NCBI GenBank assembly: GCA_965372795.1
Contig: CBDVDR010000003.1
Location: 128,495-192,494 of the forward strand
Direction of reading: 5' to 3'
Origin: an uncultured bacterium
GTDB lineage: Bacteria; Zixibacteria; MSB-5A5; GN15; FEB-12
Length of the DNA stretch: 64,000 nt
Numbering within the stretch: position 1 is the first letter of the stretch; each line of letters begins with the position of its first letter. The notes beneath the pieces were generated by a model. It was given only the letters and a program-made list of their open reading frames with translations. It was not told the origin of the DNA and did no database searches. This document shows, piece after piece, positions 33,555-44,275 of the stretch. A program made the translations under genes and the position numbers.

Positions 33555-33989
33555 ATGAGTACCAATAAAGAACATGCCCACCATATCATCCCGTTGGGGA
33601 CCTATATAAGTATTGCAACCACATTAATAGTATTAACCGGGATAACAGTTTATATTTCTTTTTATGATTTTGGAGCTTTCAATTTAATGGTGGCGATGGT
33701 TATTGCCGCAACTAAAGCATCTCTGGTGGCTCTATATTTTATGCATCTCAAATATGATAATAAAATCTATTCCATAATCCTTGTCGGATCACTTCTGTTT
33801 TTGGCGATTTTTATTATTTTGACGATGTTTGATACTTTGCGACGCGATGATATATATAAAATCAAAGGCGGACCGGTAAATCCTGATGCGATTATTTATC
33901 GCCAGGAAGCGATTACTGATTCCTTGCCTCTATTTCTTGATTCTACTACTACTGACAGTTCAGTAGTGGATACCCTTTCAAACCATTAA
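33555..33989 (+). CDS. Cytochrome c oxidase subunit IV (bacterial CoxD/CtaF-like) with extended C-terminus
   Basis: 144 aa with three TM helices. KASLVALYFMHLKYD is typical of prokaryotic oxidase subunit IV. Confidence 0.6.
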   Translation: MSTNKEHAHHIIPLGTYISIATTLIVLTGITVYISFYDFGAFNLMVAMVIAATKASLVALYFMHLKYDNKIYSIILVGSLLFLAIFIILTMFDTLRRDDIYKIKGGPVNPDAIIYRQEAITDSLPLFLDSTTTDSSVVDTLSNH

Positions 33990-34064
33990 TGCTTGCTCGA
34001 TTATAATGAATTTGCTAATTTTAATGTATCAGAGTAGGCTCCAGCCATATCACGGGGAGTGTAA

Positions 34065-34979
34065 ATGAAACTTTTTCAAAGATTTGCTTTAATATCAACC
34101 ATCGGAACCTATGTCGTAATTTTTATCGGGGGACTGGTGCGGGTTTCCGGAGCCGGTCTTGGTTGTCCGGATTGGCCCCAATGTTTCGGGCGATGGATTC
34201 CACCAACAAGTATCGATCAGCTTCCGGCTCATATTGATCCCAGCCGATTTAATTTTGTCTTAGCCTGGATTGAATATCTTAATCGTGTTAGCGGGATGAT
34301 GCTCGGATTAGTAATTCTAACAACGGCACTTATTGCAATTACAAAACATCGTGACAAACGAACTTTGTTATTTGGATCAATGGCAGCCGCGGTTTTAGTC
34401 GCTCTGTTGGGACTTCAGGGTCGCATGGTTATAATCTCAGAACTCGAACCGATGATTGTAACAGTTCATATGCTTCTGGCACAGGTACTTGGAAGTCTAT
34501 TGATCTTTGTGACTTATAAAGCCTACCATTACAATAAACCGCTTAAGGTTGAAATCCCAAAAGCTACCGGCAAATGGGTTTTTTCACTATGGTTGATAGG
34601 TGTTATACAAGTTGTTTTTGGAACTCAGATTCGATCAAAACTAGAGATGATTGCTGAGCAATTCCCACTGTTATCTGACAGCGAATGGTTGAAAAAAGTA
34701 GGAATGCTGAACCATTTACATATGACGATTGGTTTTGTACTGGCAATCTTAACGACTATTATCTGTTGGCGGATATTTATAAACCAGAAAGAACAAAACC
34801 TCATTAAAATCAGTTCACTGCTTGTAATTGTTGCTATTACAGTTCAACTTGTGCTGGGTATCGTATTTATATCAGTAGGTATGGCTGAATTGGTCAGAGT
34901 CTTTCATCTTTGGATTGCCTCGATTTATCTTGGATTGCTCTTTTTGATTTTTACAGCAATCAAAAGCGTAAGGAAATAG
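34065..34979 (+). CDS. ctaA: Heme A synthase (COX15/CtaA family)
   Basis: 304-aa polytopic protein. Paired Cys in GAGLGCPDWPQCFG and conserved His in TM helices (EYLNR, TVHM, HLHM, VFHLW). Confidence 0.75.
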   Translation: MKLFQRFALISTIGTYVVIFIGGLVRVSGAGLGCPDWPQCFGRWIPPTSIDQLPAHIDPSRFNFVLAWIEYLNRVSGMMLGLVILTTALIAITKHRDKRTLLFGSMAAAVLVALLGLQGRMVIISELEPMIVTVHMLLAQVLGSLLIFVTYKAYHYNKPLKVEIPKATGKWVFSLWLIGVIQVVFGTQIRSKLEMIAEQFPLLSDSEWLKKVGMLNHLHMTIGFVLAILTTIICWRIFINQKEQNLIKISSLLVIVAITVQLVLGIVFISVGMAELVRVFHLWIASIYLGLLFLIFTAIKSVRK

Positions 34980-34981
34980 TT

Positions 34982-35569
34982 ATGGCAAAAGTAATGTCGT
35001 GGTTTATCCCATTACTGATAGTATTAGTGGTAGGGGCGTATTTTGTAATAAATACCGCCCAAAAATCGGTTGCCGACCTTCCAATTTTGGGGGAAGTCCC
35101 CAAATTTACATTTACAAATCAACATTCCAAACCGTTTTCACAGGAAAATCTTAAAGGAAAAATTACTGTTGTCGATTTCATTTTTACCAATTGCCATGGA
35201 CCATGCCCGATAATGTCGGCTAATATGGCTGAGCTATATCGTTTGAGTGAATCCACCGACAAAATTCAGTTTGTTTCGATATCGGTTGACCCCGAACGGG
35301 ATACAATCGAAACCCTGCTGGAATATTCTAAAAACTTTGATGTTAATGATAACCGCTGGCAATTTTTATATAGTGAAATTGAAGGGGTAAAAGAACTTTG
35401 CGAGGGAGGGTTTATGCTGGCGGCTGATGATCTCCCGGGAAATCACAGCACCAAGTTTATCATGGTTGATCAATTAGGCTTGATAAGAGGCTATTATGAT
35501 GGCACTGATGAAGCCAGCATTAATATTCTCAAAACCCATCTCCGTCAATTATTATCAGAAATTGAATAA
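34982..35569 (+). CDS. Second SCO1/SenC-family copper chaperone
   Basis: I chose internal ATG 34982 (MAKVMSWFIPLL..., 3 nt after the ctaA stop) over track start 34910, which overlaps ctaA. CxxxC motif in FTNCHGPCP, and a conserved His in NHSTKFIMVD. Confidence 0.8.
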   Translation: MAKVMSWFIPLLIVLVVGAYFVINTAQKSVADLPILGEVPKFTFTNQHSKPFSQENLKGKITVVDFIFTNCHGPCPIMSANMAELYRLSESTDKIQFVSISVDPERDTIETLLEYSKNFDVNDNRWQFLYSEIEGVKELCEGGFMLAADDLPGNHSTKFIMVDQLGLIRGYYDGTDEASINILKTHLRQLLSEIE

Positions 35570-35572
35570 ATT

Positions 35573-35986
35573 ATGACAATTACTGATCTGCCACTGTTGA
35601 ACGCCTCACTAAATTCTCTTACCGCAATTTTACTTATCATCGGATACCGATATATTAAAAATGGTGATGAAGTTACCCATAAAAAGTTTATGCTGGGAGC
35701 TTTGGGATCTTCAACAATATTTCTAACTAGTTATCTTATATACCATTACTATGTCGGGTCAATCCCATATCCGTATCATAACTGGACTCGCCCCGTTTAT
35801 TTTACGATTCTTATTCCTCATGTAATATTAGCTGCTTTAATGATACCTTTTATTCTAACGGGTGTCTGGTTTGCAATTAAGGGGAAATTCGACCAACATA
35901 AACGGCTTATGAAAATTGTATTTCCGGTCTGGATTTTTGTCTCAATTTCCGGAGTTCTGGTCTATTTGATGTTGTATCAGCTTTAG
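35573..35986 (+). CDS. DUF420/CtaM-like membrane protein associated with aa3/caa3 oxidases
   Basis: 137 aa with four TM helices. HKKFM...YLIYHY...HxxLA pattern and position at the end of the oxidase cluster. Confidence 0.6.
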   Translation: MTITDLPLLNASLNSLTAILLIIGYRYIKNGDEVTHKKFMLGALGSSTIFLTSYLIYHYYVGSIPYPYHNWTRPVYFTILIPHVILAALMIPFILTGVWFAIKGKFDQHKRLMKIVFPVWIFVSISGVLVYLMLYQL

Positions 35987-36072
35987 TTTTATTTTGTATT
36001 TTCTAATATCCTTCCCCACTTTATAAAAGTTAAAAATTATTGAATAAAAGGGTCTTGTGTACCACAAAAAGG

Positions 36073-36100
36073 TTGACAGTTGAGACAATCAGGATATATT
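36073..36100 (+). promoter_or_regulatory. Sigma70-like promoter of the atp operon (TTGACA-16 nt-TATATT)
   Basis: TTGACA at 36073-36078 and TATATT at 36095-36100, 29 nt before the first atp-associated ORF. Confidence 0.4.
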
Positions 36101-36128
36101 TGCGCTTTAATAAGATTGAAGGGTAACA

Positions 36129-36389
36129 ATGGCCCTATTAAGTCCTGATAAGAAGAACAAAGACAACAGCGATTATCGTCAGATTTCTCTTCTGGCAGTT
36201 ATTCCTGCTTTGTTATTAGCCGCACCTTTGGTAGGCTTTTTTAGCGGACAATGGTTGGATGAAAAATTTGAGACTGAACCGTATTTGATGACTTTGGGAG
36301 TGATTTTGGGTTTTGGTTCTGCGGGAATTGAAATCTATAAACTCGTAAAGAAATCAGAAGCGATGGAAAAGAATAAAAATGACGAGTAA
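36129..36389 (+). CDS. AtpZ/AtpR-like small membrane protein (ATPase_gene1 family)
   Basis: 86 aa with two TM helices and a conserved charged loop (GFFSGQWLDEKF). First gene of the atp operon, as in atpZ-atpI-atpB arrangements. Confidence 0.5.
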   Translation: MALLSPDKKNKDNSDYRQISLLAVIPALLLAAPLVGFFSGQWLDEKFETEPYLMTLGVILGFGSAGIEIYKLVKKSEAMEKNKNDE

Positions 36390-36795
36390 ATTTGATCTAA
36401 ACTTTCTCGACCGAACATTGAAAACGACTGGAATTCTCCTGTTGATATTTCTGCCGTTTGGACTGTACTATTTCGGATCATATCCTACTTTGGCAGTCTT
36501 TTCCGGCGGTATCTGGGGAATGCTTAATTTTATCTTTCTATCGGCTTTAATTCGGTCAACTATTACACCCGAAGGCGCCGACAAATTCAAAGCAATCTCA
36601 TTGCTCTTGATAAAATTCCCTTTACTTTATCTCTCCGGTTATTTTCTTTTAAAAATTCAGATTTTTGAACCAATGCATTTAATGATTGGATTTACATCAC
36701 TATTTGGAATTATGCTCTTAAAAGTTCTGGGTCGTCTGTTTTTGGCTCTGGATGATAAAAAGCAAGTAGATGAAAGGTTGCAAAAGGCTCATTAA
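36379..36795 (+). CDS. atpI: AtpI-like ATP synthase accessory membrane protein
   Basis: 138 aa with four hydrophobic segments. It overlaps its neighbours by 11 nt and 1 nt, directly 5' of atpB. Confidence 0.45.
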   Translation: MTSKFDLNFLDRTLKTTGILLLIFLPFGLYYFGSYPTLAVFSGGIWGMLNFIFLSALIRSTITPEGADKFKAISLLLIKFPLLYLSGYFLLKIQIFEPMHLMIGFTSLFGIMLLKVLGRLFLALDDKKQVDERLQKAH

Positions 36796-37598
36796 TGGGT
36801 AGTATAAATTATATCTATTTTCTGGCAATAGCATCGGTGGGTCCGATCTTATCGGCTGCCTCAGGCGGTGCGACACATCTCCCCGATGTGGTAGGCATGA
36901 TCTCTCACAGTGATACAATTACCTTATGGAAACCGGTTATTTACTCTTTTATTATTGCGATATTTATGTCATTAATCGCTGTGAAAGCTTCACGTCATAG
37001 AGAGCTTATCCCGGGTAGATTTCAAAATGTAATTGAGATGCTTGTTGAAGGAATGTACAATTTTCTTAGCACAATTCTTGGTAAAGATGCTAAAAAATAC
37101 ACTCCGTTTTTGGGGTCTTTGTTTTTCTACATTCTTTTAATGAATTTCATGGGTATTATTCCGGGTGGTTTCTCACCGTCAACCAGTATCAATATCACCG
37201 CTTCACTGGCAATCATTGTATTTTTATATGCCCAATATACCGGCGTGAGAAGACTCGGTATTGTCGGCTATCTCGATCACCTTGCCGGCCAGCCGCGTGA
37301 TGTCATCAGTTGGTGCCTGGTTCCGTTGATGCTTCCCATGCATATTATTGGCGAGATTGCCAAGCCGTTCTCATTAGCTTTGCGTTTATTCGGTAACATT
37401 ACCGGTGAGGATATTCTGGTTGCCGCTTTTGTCGGACTTGGATTATCAGCCTTGGCTATATTCAATTCTCCAATCGGATTGCCGTTTAACGTACCGTTTA
37501 TTTTGTTAGGAATATTATTGTCGACGATTCAGGCTCTGGTGTTTACCCTGTTGTCGACTATTTATATATTAATGATGCTTCCTCACGAGGAACATTGA
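36795..37598 (+). CDS. atpB: F0F1 ATP synthase subunit a
   Basis: 267 aa. LALRLFGNITGED contains the essential Arg of subunit a. Confidence 0.85.
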   Translation: MGSINYIYFLAIASVGPILSAASGGATHLPDVVGMISHSDTITLWKPVIYSFIIAIFMSLIAVKASRHRELIPGRFQNVIEMLVEGMYNFLSTILGKDAKKYTPFLGSLFFYILLMNFMGIIPGGFSPSTSINITASLAIIVFLYAQYTGVRRLGIVGYLDHLAGQPRDVISWCLVPLMLPMHIIGEIAKPFSLALRLFGNITGEDILVAAFVGLGLSALAIFNSPIGLPFNVPFILLGILLSTIQALVFTLLSTIYILMMLPHEEH

Positions 37599-37654
37599 TA
37601 GGTTTTAAAAACGAAAATAAGTAAATTTAACTTAGTATTAAAGGAGTATGAAAA

Positions 37655-37888
37655 ATGGAATATCAAGCAATGTTAGCTTGGGCGCTGCCGATGGGTGTTG
37701 GTCTTGCCGCCGTAGGTTCAGGTCTTGGATTGGGTCGTGCAGTTGGTTCTGCTATGGAAGCTATCGGTCGTCAGCCGGAAGCCTCTGGTAAAATTCAGAC
37801 CGCAATGATTATCGGTGCTGCCCTTATTGAAGCATTGACTATCTATGCTTTGGTCGTATTCTTTATTCTTTCCGGAAAAATCGGGTAA
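37655..37888 (+). CDS. atpE: F0F1 ATP synthase subunit c
   Basis: 77-aa hairpin with the GRQPE loop and the carboxylate in [19 protein letters not shown] Shine-Dalgarno upstream. Confidence 0.9.
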   Translation: MEYQAMLAWALPMGVGLAAVGSGLGLGRAVGSAMEAIGRQPEASGKIQTAMIIGAALIEALTIYALVVFFILSGKIG

Positions 37889-37953
37889 AACGGTTTTTTA
37901 GGACGGGCAACCGTCTTGTTTATTTAACCGTTAACTCGTAAAGTGGAGAAGCC

Positions 37954-38436
37954 ATGGATATTCAATGGCAATTACTTTTAACTCACGGAATTGGCTTTTT
38001 AATCACTCTGTGGATTTTGAAAAAATTCGCATGGGGACCGATTCTTGGTATTATTGATGAACGTCAGGAAAAAATTGCTGACGAATTTAAAAATATCGAA
38101 AATGAAAAAGACAAAGCTGCAAATTTATCCGTTGAGTATGAAGCCAAGTTAAAAAATATAGATGATGAGCGCCGCGCTAAAATGGTTGAAGCTGTTGACG
38201 AAGGCAAAAAAATTGCTGAAGAAATTAAAAAATCTGCTCAAAATGATGCCAAACTTCTCAGTGACAAAAATAAACTGGAACTCGAGCGTGATGTTGCCAA
38301 AGCCAAAGTTCAATTGAAAGAAGATATGGTCACAATGACTATGGCAGCGGCTGAAAAAATTATTAAAGAGCGTCTTGATGATGCCAAGCATCGTCAATTG
38401 ATAAACGAATTCATCGATAATTTGGAGAAAGCGTAA
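37954..38436 (+). CDS. atpF: F0F1 ATP synthase subunit b
   Basis: 160 aa with an N-terminal TM helix, then a long charged coiled-coil (ERQEKIADEFKNIENEKDKA...). Confidence 0.8.
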   Translation: MDIQWQLLLTHGIGFLITLWILKKFAWGPILGIIDERQEKIADEFKNIENEKDKAANLSVEYEAKLKNIDDERRAKMVEAVDEGKKIAEEIKKSAQNDAKLLSDKNKLELERDVAKAKVQLKEDMVTMTMAAAEKIIKERLDDAKHRQLINEFIDNLEKA

Positions 38437-38439
38437 TAG

Positions 38440-38988
38440 ATGCTTGCTCAGGAAGTAGCCCAGAAATATGCTCGTGCATTGTTTGCATCTACTAAAGACA
38501 GAAATAGTCTCGATGCGGTGTACGGCCAGTTGACTGATTTGAACGAGTATGTTGAAAAAGATAAATCGTTGATGGATTATTTAAATTCCCCCAACGTTTA
38601 TGAAAACAAAAAAATCGACCTTCTGAGAACGGTGTTCTTAGAAAAGCTCAATCGAATCGTAGTTGAATTTCTTATTGTTCTGGTGGAAAAGAAACGGATC
38701 GGGTTCCTGCCGATTATTATTGATGAATATATCAGATTAGTAGAATCTGAAAAAGGTATTGCCCGTGTTACCGCTATTGTTGCGATGCCTTTGAAAGAAG
38801 AAGAAAGAAACAAATTAGTTCAAAAGCTTTCTGAAAAAACCAATATGAAAATTAAGTTGGAAGTGACTCAGGACCCGTCGATTATCGGAGGCATGATCGT
38901 GGTTATGCATAATAATATTATTGACGGTTCGATCAAACACCAACTTGAACTGGTTACAGAAAAAATGAGCTCGGTTAGAGTTCATTAA
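38440..38988 (+). CDS. atpH: F0F1 ATP synthase subunit delta (OSCP)
   Basis: 182 aa. N-terminus VAQKYARALF..., end IIGGMIVVMHNNIIDGSIKHQL. Position between atpF and atpA. Confidence 0.75.
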   Translation: MLAQEVAQKYARALFASTKDRNSLDAVYGQLTDLNEYVEKDKSLMDYLNSPNVYENKKIDLLRTVFLEKLNRIVVEFLIVLVEKKRIGFLPIIIDEYIRLVESEKGIARVTAIVAMPLKEEERNKLVQKLSEKTNMKIKLEVTQDPSIIGGMIVVMHNNIIDGSIKHQLELVTEKMSSVRVH

Positions 38989-39078
38989 TAAGCTTTTACC
39001 TGATTGATAAAGTAAGAATTAAATCGCCTGATATGGCGGTTAACCAAAAAAACAGGCAAAGCCTGTAGGAGTTATACG

Positions 39079-40593
39079 ATGGGTCTCAACCCTGAAGAAG
39101 TTTCGTCAGTTATTCGAAAAGAAATCGAAAAGTACGAAAAGAAACTTGAGATGGAATCAGTAGGGACGGTTCTTCAGGTCGGTGACGGTATTGCCCGTAT
39201 TTGGGGTCTCGAAGATGTCCAAATGTCCGAGCTGATTTTATTCCCCGGTGATATTATGGGAATGGTGCTGAACCTCGAAGCTGATAACGTAGGTGCGGCA
39301 ATCTTCGGATCCGACATAAATATTAAAGAAGGTGATACTGTTCGCAGAACCGGCAAAGTTGCATCTGTTCCCGTTGGTGATGCCTTAATTGGTCGTGTTG
39401 TTAATCCGTTAGGAAAACCGCTTGATGCCAAAGGTCCAATTGCTACTGATAAAACAAGAATTATCGATGGGATGGCTCCTTCGGTTATTGAAAGACAGCC
39501 TGTAAAAGAACCGTTGCAAACCGGACTTAAAGCTATTGATTCGATGATTCCAATCGGTCGCGGTCAGCGTGAATTGATTATTGGTGATCGACAAACCGGT
39601 AAAACAGCCTTGGCTATTGATACTATCATTAATCAAAAAGATACTGATGTTATCTGTGTCTATGTTGCTATCGGTCAAAAATCATCAACCGTTGCTCAGG
39701 TCGTGGAAATTTTGAGAAAGAACGGCGCCATGGAATATACCATTGTGGTCGTGGCTTCTGCTAATGATCCCGCTCCGTTGCAATATATTGCTCCTTATGC
39801 CGGATGTGCTATGGGTGAAGAATTCATGTACAATGGCAAACATGTTCTCTGCGTATATGATGATTTAACAAAACAAGCAGCTTCCTATCGCCAGTTGTCA
39901 CTTCTGCTTCGCCGTCCTCCGGGTCGTGAAGCATATCCCGGTGACATTTTCTATTGTCACTCCCGCTTGTTGGAACGTGCCGCAAAACTTTCTAAAGAAA
40001 AAGGTGCCGGTTCATTAACAGCTCTTCCGATTATTGAAACTCAGGCTGGTGATGTTTCTGCATATATTCCTACTAACGTTATTTCAATTACTGATGGTCA
40101 AATATTCCTGGAATCAGAACTGTTTGCTGCCGGTGTTCGTCCGGCTATTAACGTCGGTATCTCTGTCTCACGTGTGGGCGGTAATGCTCAGACAAAAATG
40201 ATGAAACAGGTTGCCGGATCATTGAAACTGGATCTGGCGCAGTTCCGCGAATTGGAAGCCTTTACCCAGTTTGGTTCTGATTTGGATGAAGCTACTTTGA
40301 AACAGCTAAATCGCGGACAGAAAATGGTTGAGATGCTCAAACAAGGTCAATATGAGCCAATGCATGTCGCTCATCAGGTTATGATTATCTGGTGCGGAGC
40401 CAATGGTCATGTTGATGATATTCCGACTGAAGATATTGGTCGCTTCCAGGATGAATTAATCGCTTACTGCATTAAAAACTTCCCTGATATCGAACATAGT
40501 TTGAATAAGGAAATGAAAATTTCTGATGATCTTGGTGCGAAGATGAAAAATGCGGTTGATAATTTTAAAACTCAGTTTAAGAAAACTGAATAG
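39079..40593 (+). CDS. atpA: F0F1 ATP synthase subunit alpha
   Basis: 504 aa. GDRQTGKTA (Walker A), VYVAIGQK, and the [18 protein letters not shown] signature. Confidence 0.95.
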   Translation: MGLNPEEVSSVIRKEIEKYEKKLEMESVGTVLQVGDGIARIWGLEDVQMSELILFPGDIMGMVLNLEADNVGAAIFGSDINIKEGDTVRRTGKVASVPVGDALIGRVVNPLGKPLDAKGPIATDKTRIIDGMAPSVIERQPVKEPLQTGLKAIDSMIPIGRGQRELIIGDRQTGKTALAIDTIINQKDTDVICVYVAIGQKSSTVAQVVEILRKNGAMEYTIVVVASANDPAPLQYIAPYAGCAMGEEFMYNGKHVLCVYDDLTKQAASYRQLSLLLRRPPGREAYPGDIFYCHSRLLERAAKLSKEKGAGSLTALPIIETQAGDVSAYIPTNVISITDGQIFLESELFAAGVRPAINVGISVSRVGGNAQTKMMKQVAGSLKLDLAQFRELEAFTQFGSDLDEATLKQLNRGQKMVEMLKQGQYEPMHVAHQVMIIWCGANGHVDDIPTEDIGRFQDELIAYCIKNFPDIEHSLNKEMKISDDLGAKMKNAVDNFKTQFKKTE

Positions 40594-40607
40594 GTAAGTA
40601 ACAACAG

Positions 40608-41480
40608 ATGCCTACACTGCGTGAAGTAAAAAATAGAATTCGTACCGTCATATCGACTGAACGAATTACAAGAGCGATGGAGATGGTTGCTGCTGCCAAG
40701 TTACGTCGGGCACAGGAAAAGGTTGAACAATCGCGTCCATACAGTAAGAAGATGGATGAGATGCTCAGCCAGCTGGCATCCGGCGCAACCGGTGAAATCA
40801 GCCATCCATATTTTGAAGAACGTGAATTAAAAAAACGTACCGTGGTCGTGATTACATCTGATCGCGGTTTGTGCGGATCTTTTAATTCAAATATTATCCG
40901 TAAAGCTAATAATTGGCTTGTGAATAACAGAGATGTTGAAACTGAAATAGTAACTATTGGAAAACGATCCTTCGATTTTTTCAAAAGACGTGAATGGAAG
41001 TTGATTGAGGATTTTTCCGACTGGGGCGGTTCCTTACAATTAAGTAAAGCCCAACAGGTTGTATCATTCCTTACCGAGCGTTTTGTCGGTGGGGAAACTG
41101 ATGAAATAGTTCTGTTTTATACCCGTTTCTTAACGATGGTGAAATATAAAATTGTAAATGAAAAATATCTTCCGATTGCTCCGCCGGATACTGATTCAGT
41201 TGAACAGACCGGCAGCAATATGGAATATATTTACGAACCTTCACCGGAATCTATTTATGGCGCCCTGATGCCCAGTTATGCCATGACCAAAATGATTACA
41301 GCATTGGTTGAATCTTTTGCCAGTGAACATGGCAGCCGGATGATGGCGATGGGTAATGCAACCAAAAATGCCGGTGATATGATACAGTCGTTAACCCTTG
41401 ATTATAATAAAGCAAGACAGGCACAAATTACTAAGGAATTACTGGAGGTTGTCTCCGGTGCTGAAGCTTTGAACGCCTGA
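40608..41480 (+). CDS. atpG: F0F1 ATP synthase subunit gamma
   Basis: 290 aa. N-terminus MPTLREVKNRIRTVISTERITRAMEMVAAAKLRRAQ and C-terminus NKARQAQITKELLEVVSGAEAL. Confidence 0.9.
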   Translation: MPTLREVKNRIRTVISTERITRAMEMVAAAKLRRAQEKVEQSRPYSKKMDEMLSQLASGATGEISHPYFEERELKKRTVVVITSDRGLCGSFNSNIIRKANNWLVNNRDVETEIVTIGKRSFDFFKRREWKLIEDFSDWGGSLQLSKAQQVVSFLTERFVGGETDEIVLFYTRFLTMVKYKIVNEKYLPIAPPDTDSVEQTGSNMEYIYEPSPESIYGALMPSYAMTKMITALVESFASEHGSRMMAMGNATKNAGDMIQSLTLDYNKARQAQITKELLEVVSGAEALNA

Positions 41481-41522
41481 TTAAAGTAGAAAAAAAAGAT
41501 TTTAATAAATTGGAGTTTTTAA

Positions 41523-42929
<1,407 letters not shown>

Positions 42930-42931
42930 TT

Positions 42932-43336
42932 ATGTTTCATCTATCGATAGTGACACCTGAAAAAATCTACTGTGAGGCTGAAGTAAACTCATTGTCCGTT
43001 CCGGGTACGGAAGGATATTTGGGGATTTTGTCTCATCACGCTCCATTGATTTCAGCCTTGATCCCCGGTAAGATAGAATATCGAGATGCCGAAGAGAAAG
43101 TCATTGAATTGGCTGTGTCCGGTGGATTTTTGGAAGTTTCTGACAACAAGGCTACTATTTTAGCTGATGCTGTTGAAAATGCCAATGAGATAGATACTAA
43201 TCGAGCCAAAGCCGCTAAGGAACGGGCTCAAAAACGGATCAATCATTCAGGTGAAAAAGATCAGAGCATTAACGTTTATCGTGCTCGAATTGCTTTATTG
43301 AAAGCTTTGAACAGACTAAAAGTTGCCAATCGGTAG
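42932..43336 (+). CDS. atpC: F0F1 ATP synthase subunit epsilon
   Basis: 134 aa. Beta-sandwich start LSIVTPEK...GILSHHAPLI and a helical tail. Last gene of the operon. Confidence 0.85.
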   Translation: MFHLSIVTPEKIYCEAEVNSLSVPGTEGYLGILSHHAPLISALIPGKIEYRDAEEKVIELAVSGGFLEVSDNKATILADAVENANEIDTNRAKAAKERAQKRINHSGEKDQSINVYRARIALLKALNRLKVANR

Positions 43337-43408
43337 TATTACTTAGCTGATTGGCTGCTAAAAAAAGGCAGACTATAGTTTAGATTGCCCTGTTCAGAAA
43401 AACAAAAT

Positions 43409-43470
43409 GCCCGAAGTGCCTGCAATCTCTCTGTAACCCGTTGGATTGCATACCCTTTTGGGCTTTTTTT
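43409..43470 (+). terminator. Rho-independent terminator of the atp operon (long imperfect hairpin plus T7)
   Basis: GCCCGAAG..TGCAATC [loop] GATTGCA..CTTTTGGGC (43409-43463), followed by TTTTTTT (43464-43470). Confidence 0.65.
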
Positions 43471-43474
43471 CTGC

Positions 43475-43503
43475 TTGACTTTTCCGTCTTTTTTGCCTAA
43501 AAT
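43475..43503 (+). promoter_or_regulatory. Sigma70-like promoter (TTGACT-17 nt-TAAAAT) for the yceD-rpmF-plsX-fab operon; near-leaderless geometry
   Basis: TTGACT at 43475-43480 and TAAAAT at 43498-43503. The yceD ATG is at 43512, with no Shine-Dalgarno. Confidence 0.45.
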
Positions 43504-43511
43504 ATGAAGCT

Positions 43512-44036
43512 ATGATATTATATTTGAGTAAATATGACTATTTTCCGGTAAATGTAAAACTGGATGGAAGTCAGGATAAAATTGAATTTGAAAATGAATC
43601 GGTTGTCACAGCCAAGTCAATTGAAATAGATATAGATATTCAACAATCCGGTAACGAATTTTTTTGCCAGGGATCGGTCATTGCTGATCTCAAACTTGAA
43701 TGTGCCAGATGTTTGACTGAATTTGATAAAAACATTCAAAATAAAATGGATTTTATAATTTGCGATAAGGAATATCATACTTCAACTGAGGGTGATGCCA
43801 TTGATACTGAGGATTATGTTTATTATACCGGACCGGAACAAAAAGCCGATCTGAGGGAAATCGTTCGTCAGACTATCCTTTTGGGACTGACAATGAAACC
43901 ATTATGCTCTGAAGATTGCAAAGGACTTTGTTCTTCATGTAGTATAAATTTAAATATATCCGATTGTGAATGCGATAATGAAAAAGTTGATCCCAGGTGG
44001 GATGCGTTAAAGAATTTAAAGAATAGTTCACTATAA
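43512..44036 (+). CDS. yceD: YceD/DUF177 family protein (23S rRNA accumulation / L32-associated)
   Basis: 174 aa. Cys pairs (CARC...; CSEDCKGLCSSC...CEC) and DPRWDALKNL near the C-terminus. Conserved position 5' of rpmF-plsX. Confidence 0.7.
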   Translation: MILYLSKYDYFPVNVKLDGSQDKIEFENESVVTAKSIEIDIDIQQSGNEFFCQGSVIADLKLECARCLTEFDKNIQNKMDFIICDKEYHTSTEGDAIDTEDYVYYTGPEQKADLREIVRQTILLGLTMKPLCSEDCKGLCSSCSINLNISDCECDNEKVDPRWDALKNLKNSSL

Positions 44037-44052
44037 ATTGAGGTTTTAAAAA

Positions 44053-44235
44053 ATGCCACTTCCAAAACGGAGACATTCTCGTACGCGCGGTAGAAAGCGT
44101 CGAACTAATTGGAAACTTAGTATGCCTACTCCGGTAGACTGTCCACATTGTCATCAGGCACGTCTTCCGCATCATATCTGCCCACATTGCGGTTATTACA
44201 ACGGAAGACAAGTTATAACCGTAAAAGAGATATAA
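44053..44235 (+). CDS. rpmF: 50S ribosomal protein L32
   Basis: 60 aa. MPLPKRRHSRTRGRKRR and a zinc ribbon CPHC...CPHCGYY. Confidence 0.9.
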   Translation: MPLPKRRHSRTRGRKRRTNWKLSMPTPVDCPHCHQARLPHHICPHCGYYNGRQVITVKEI

Positions 44236-44275
44236 GGATTATAATCGATTAGGGAAATCGATTATCAAGGAGGAC

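Noticed and set aside
40577-40984. 135-aa minus-strand ORF antisense to atpG. The same applies to the other 60-170 aa track ORFs nested in or antisense to long CDSs, e.g. 4305-4490, 5538-5771, 9125-9400, 22687-23058, 24593-24883, 25454-25960, 39174-39678, 48360-48947 and 60457-61113
   Set aside because: All overlap strongly supported genes in another frame or strand and have skewed, motif-free translations. They are typical shadow ORFs.
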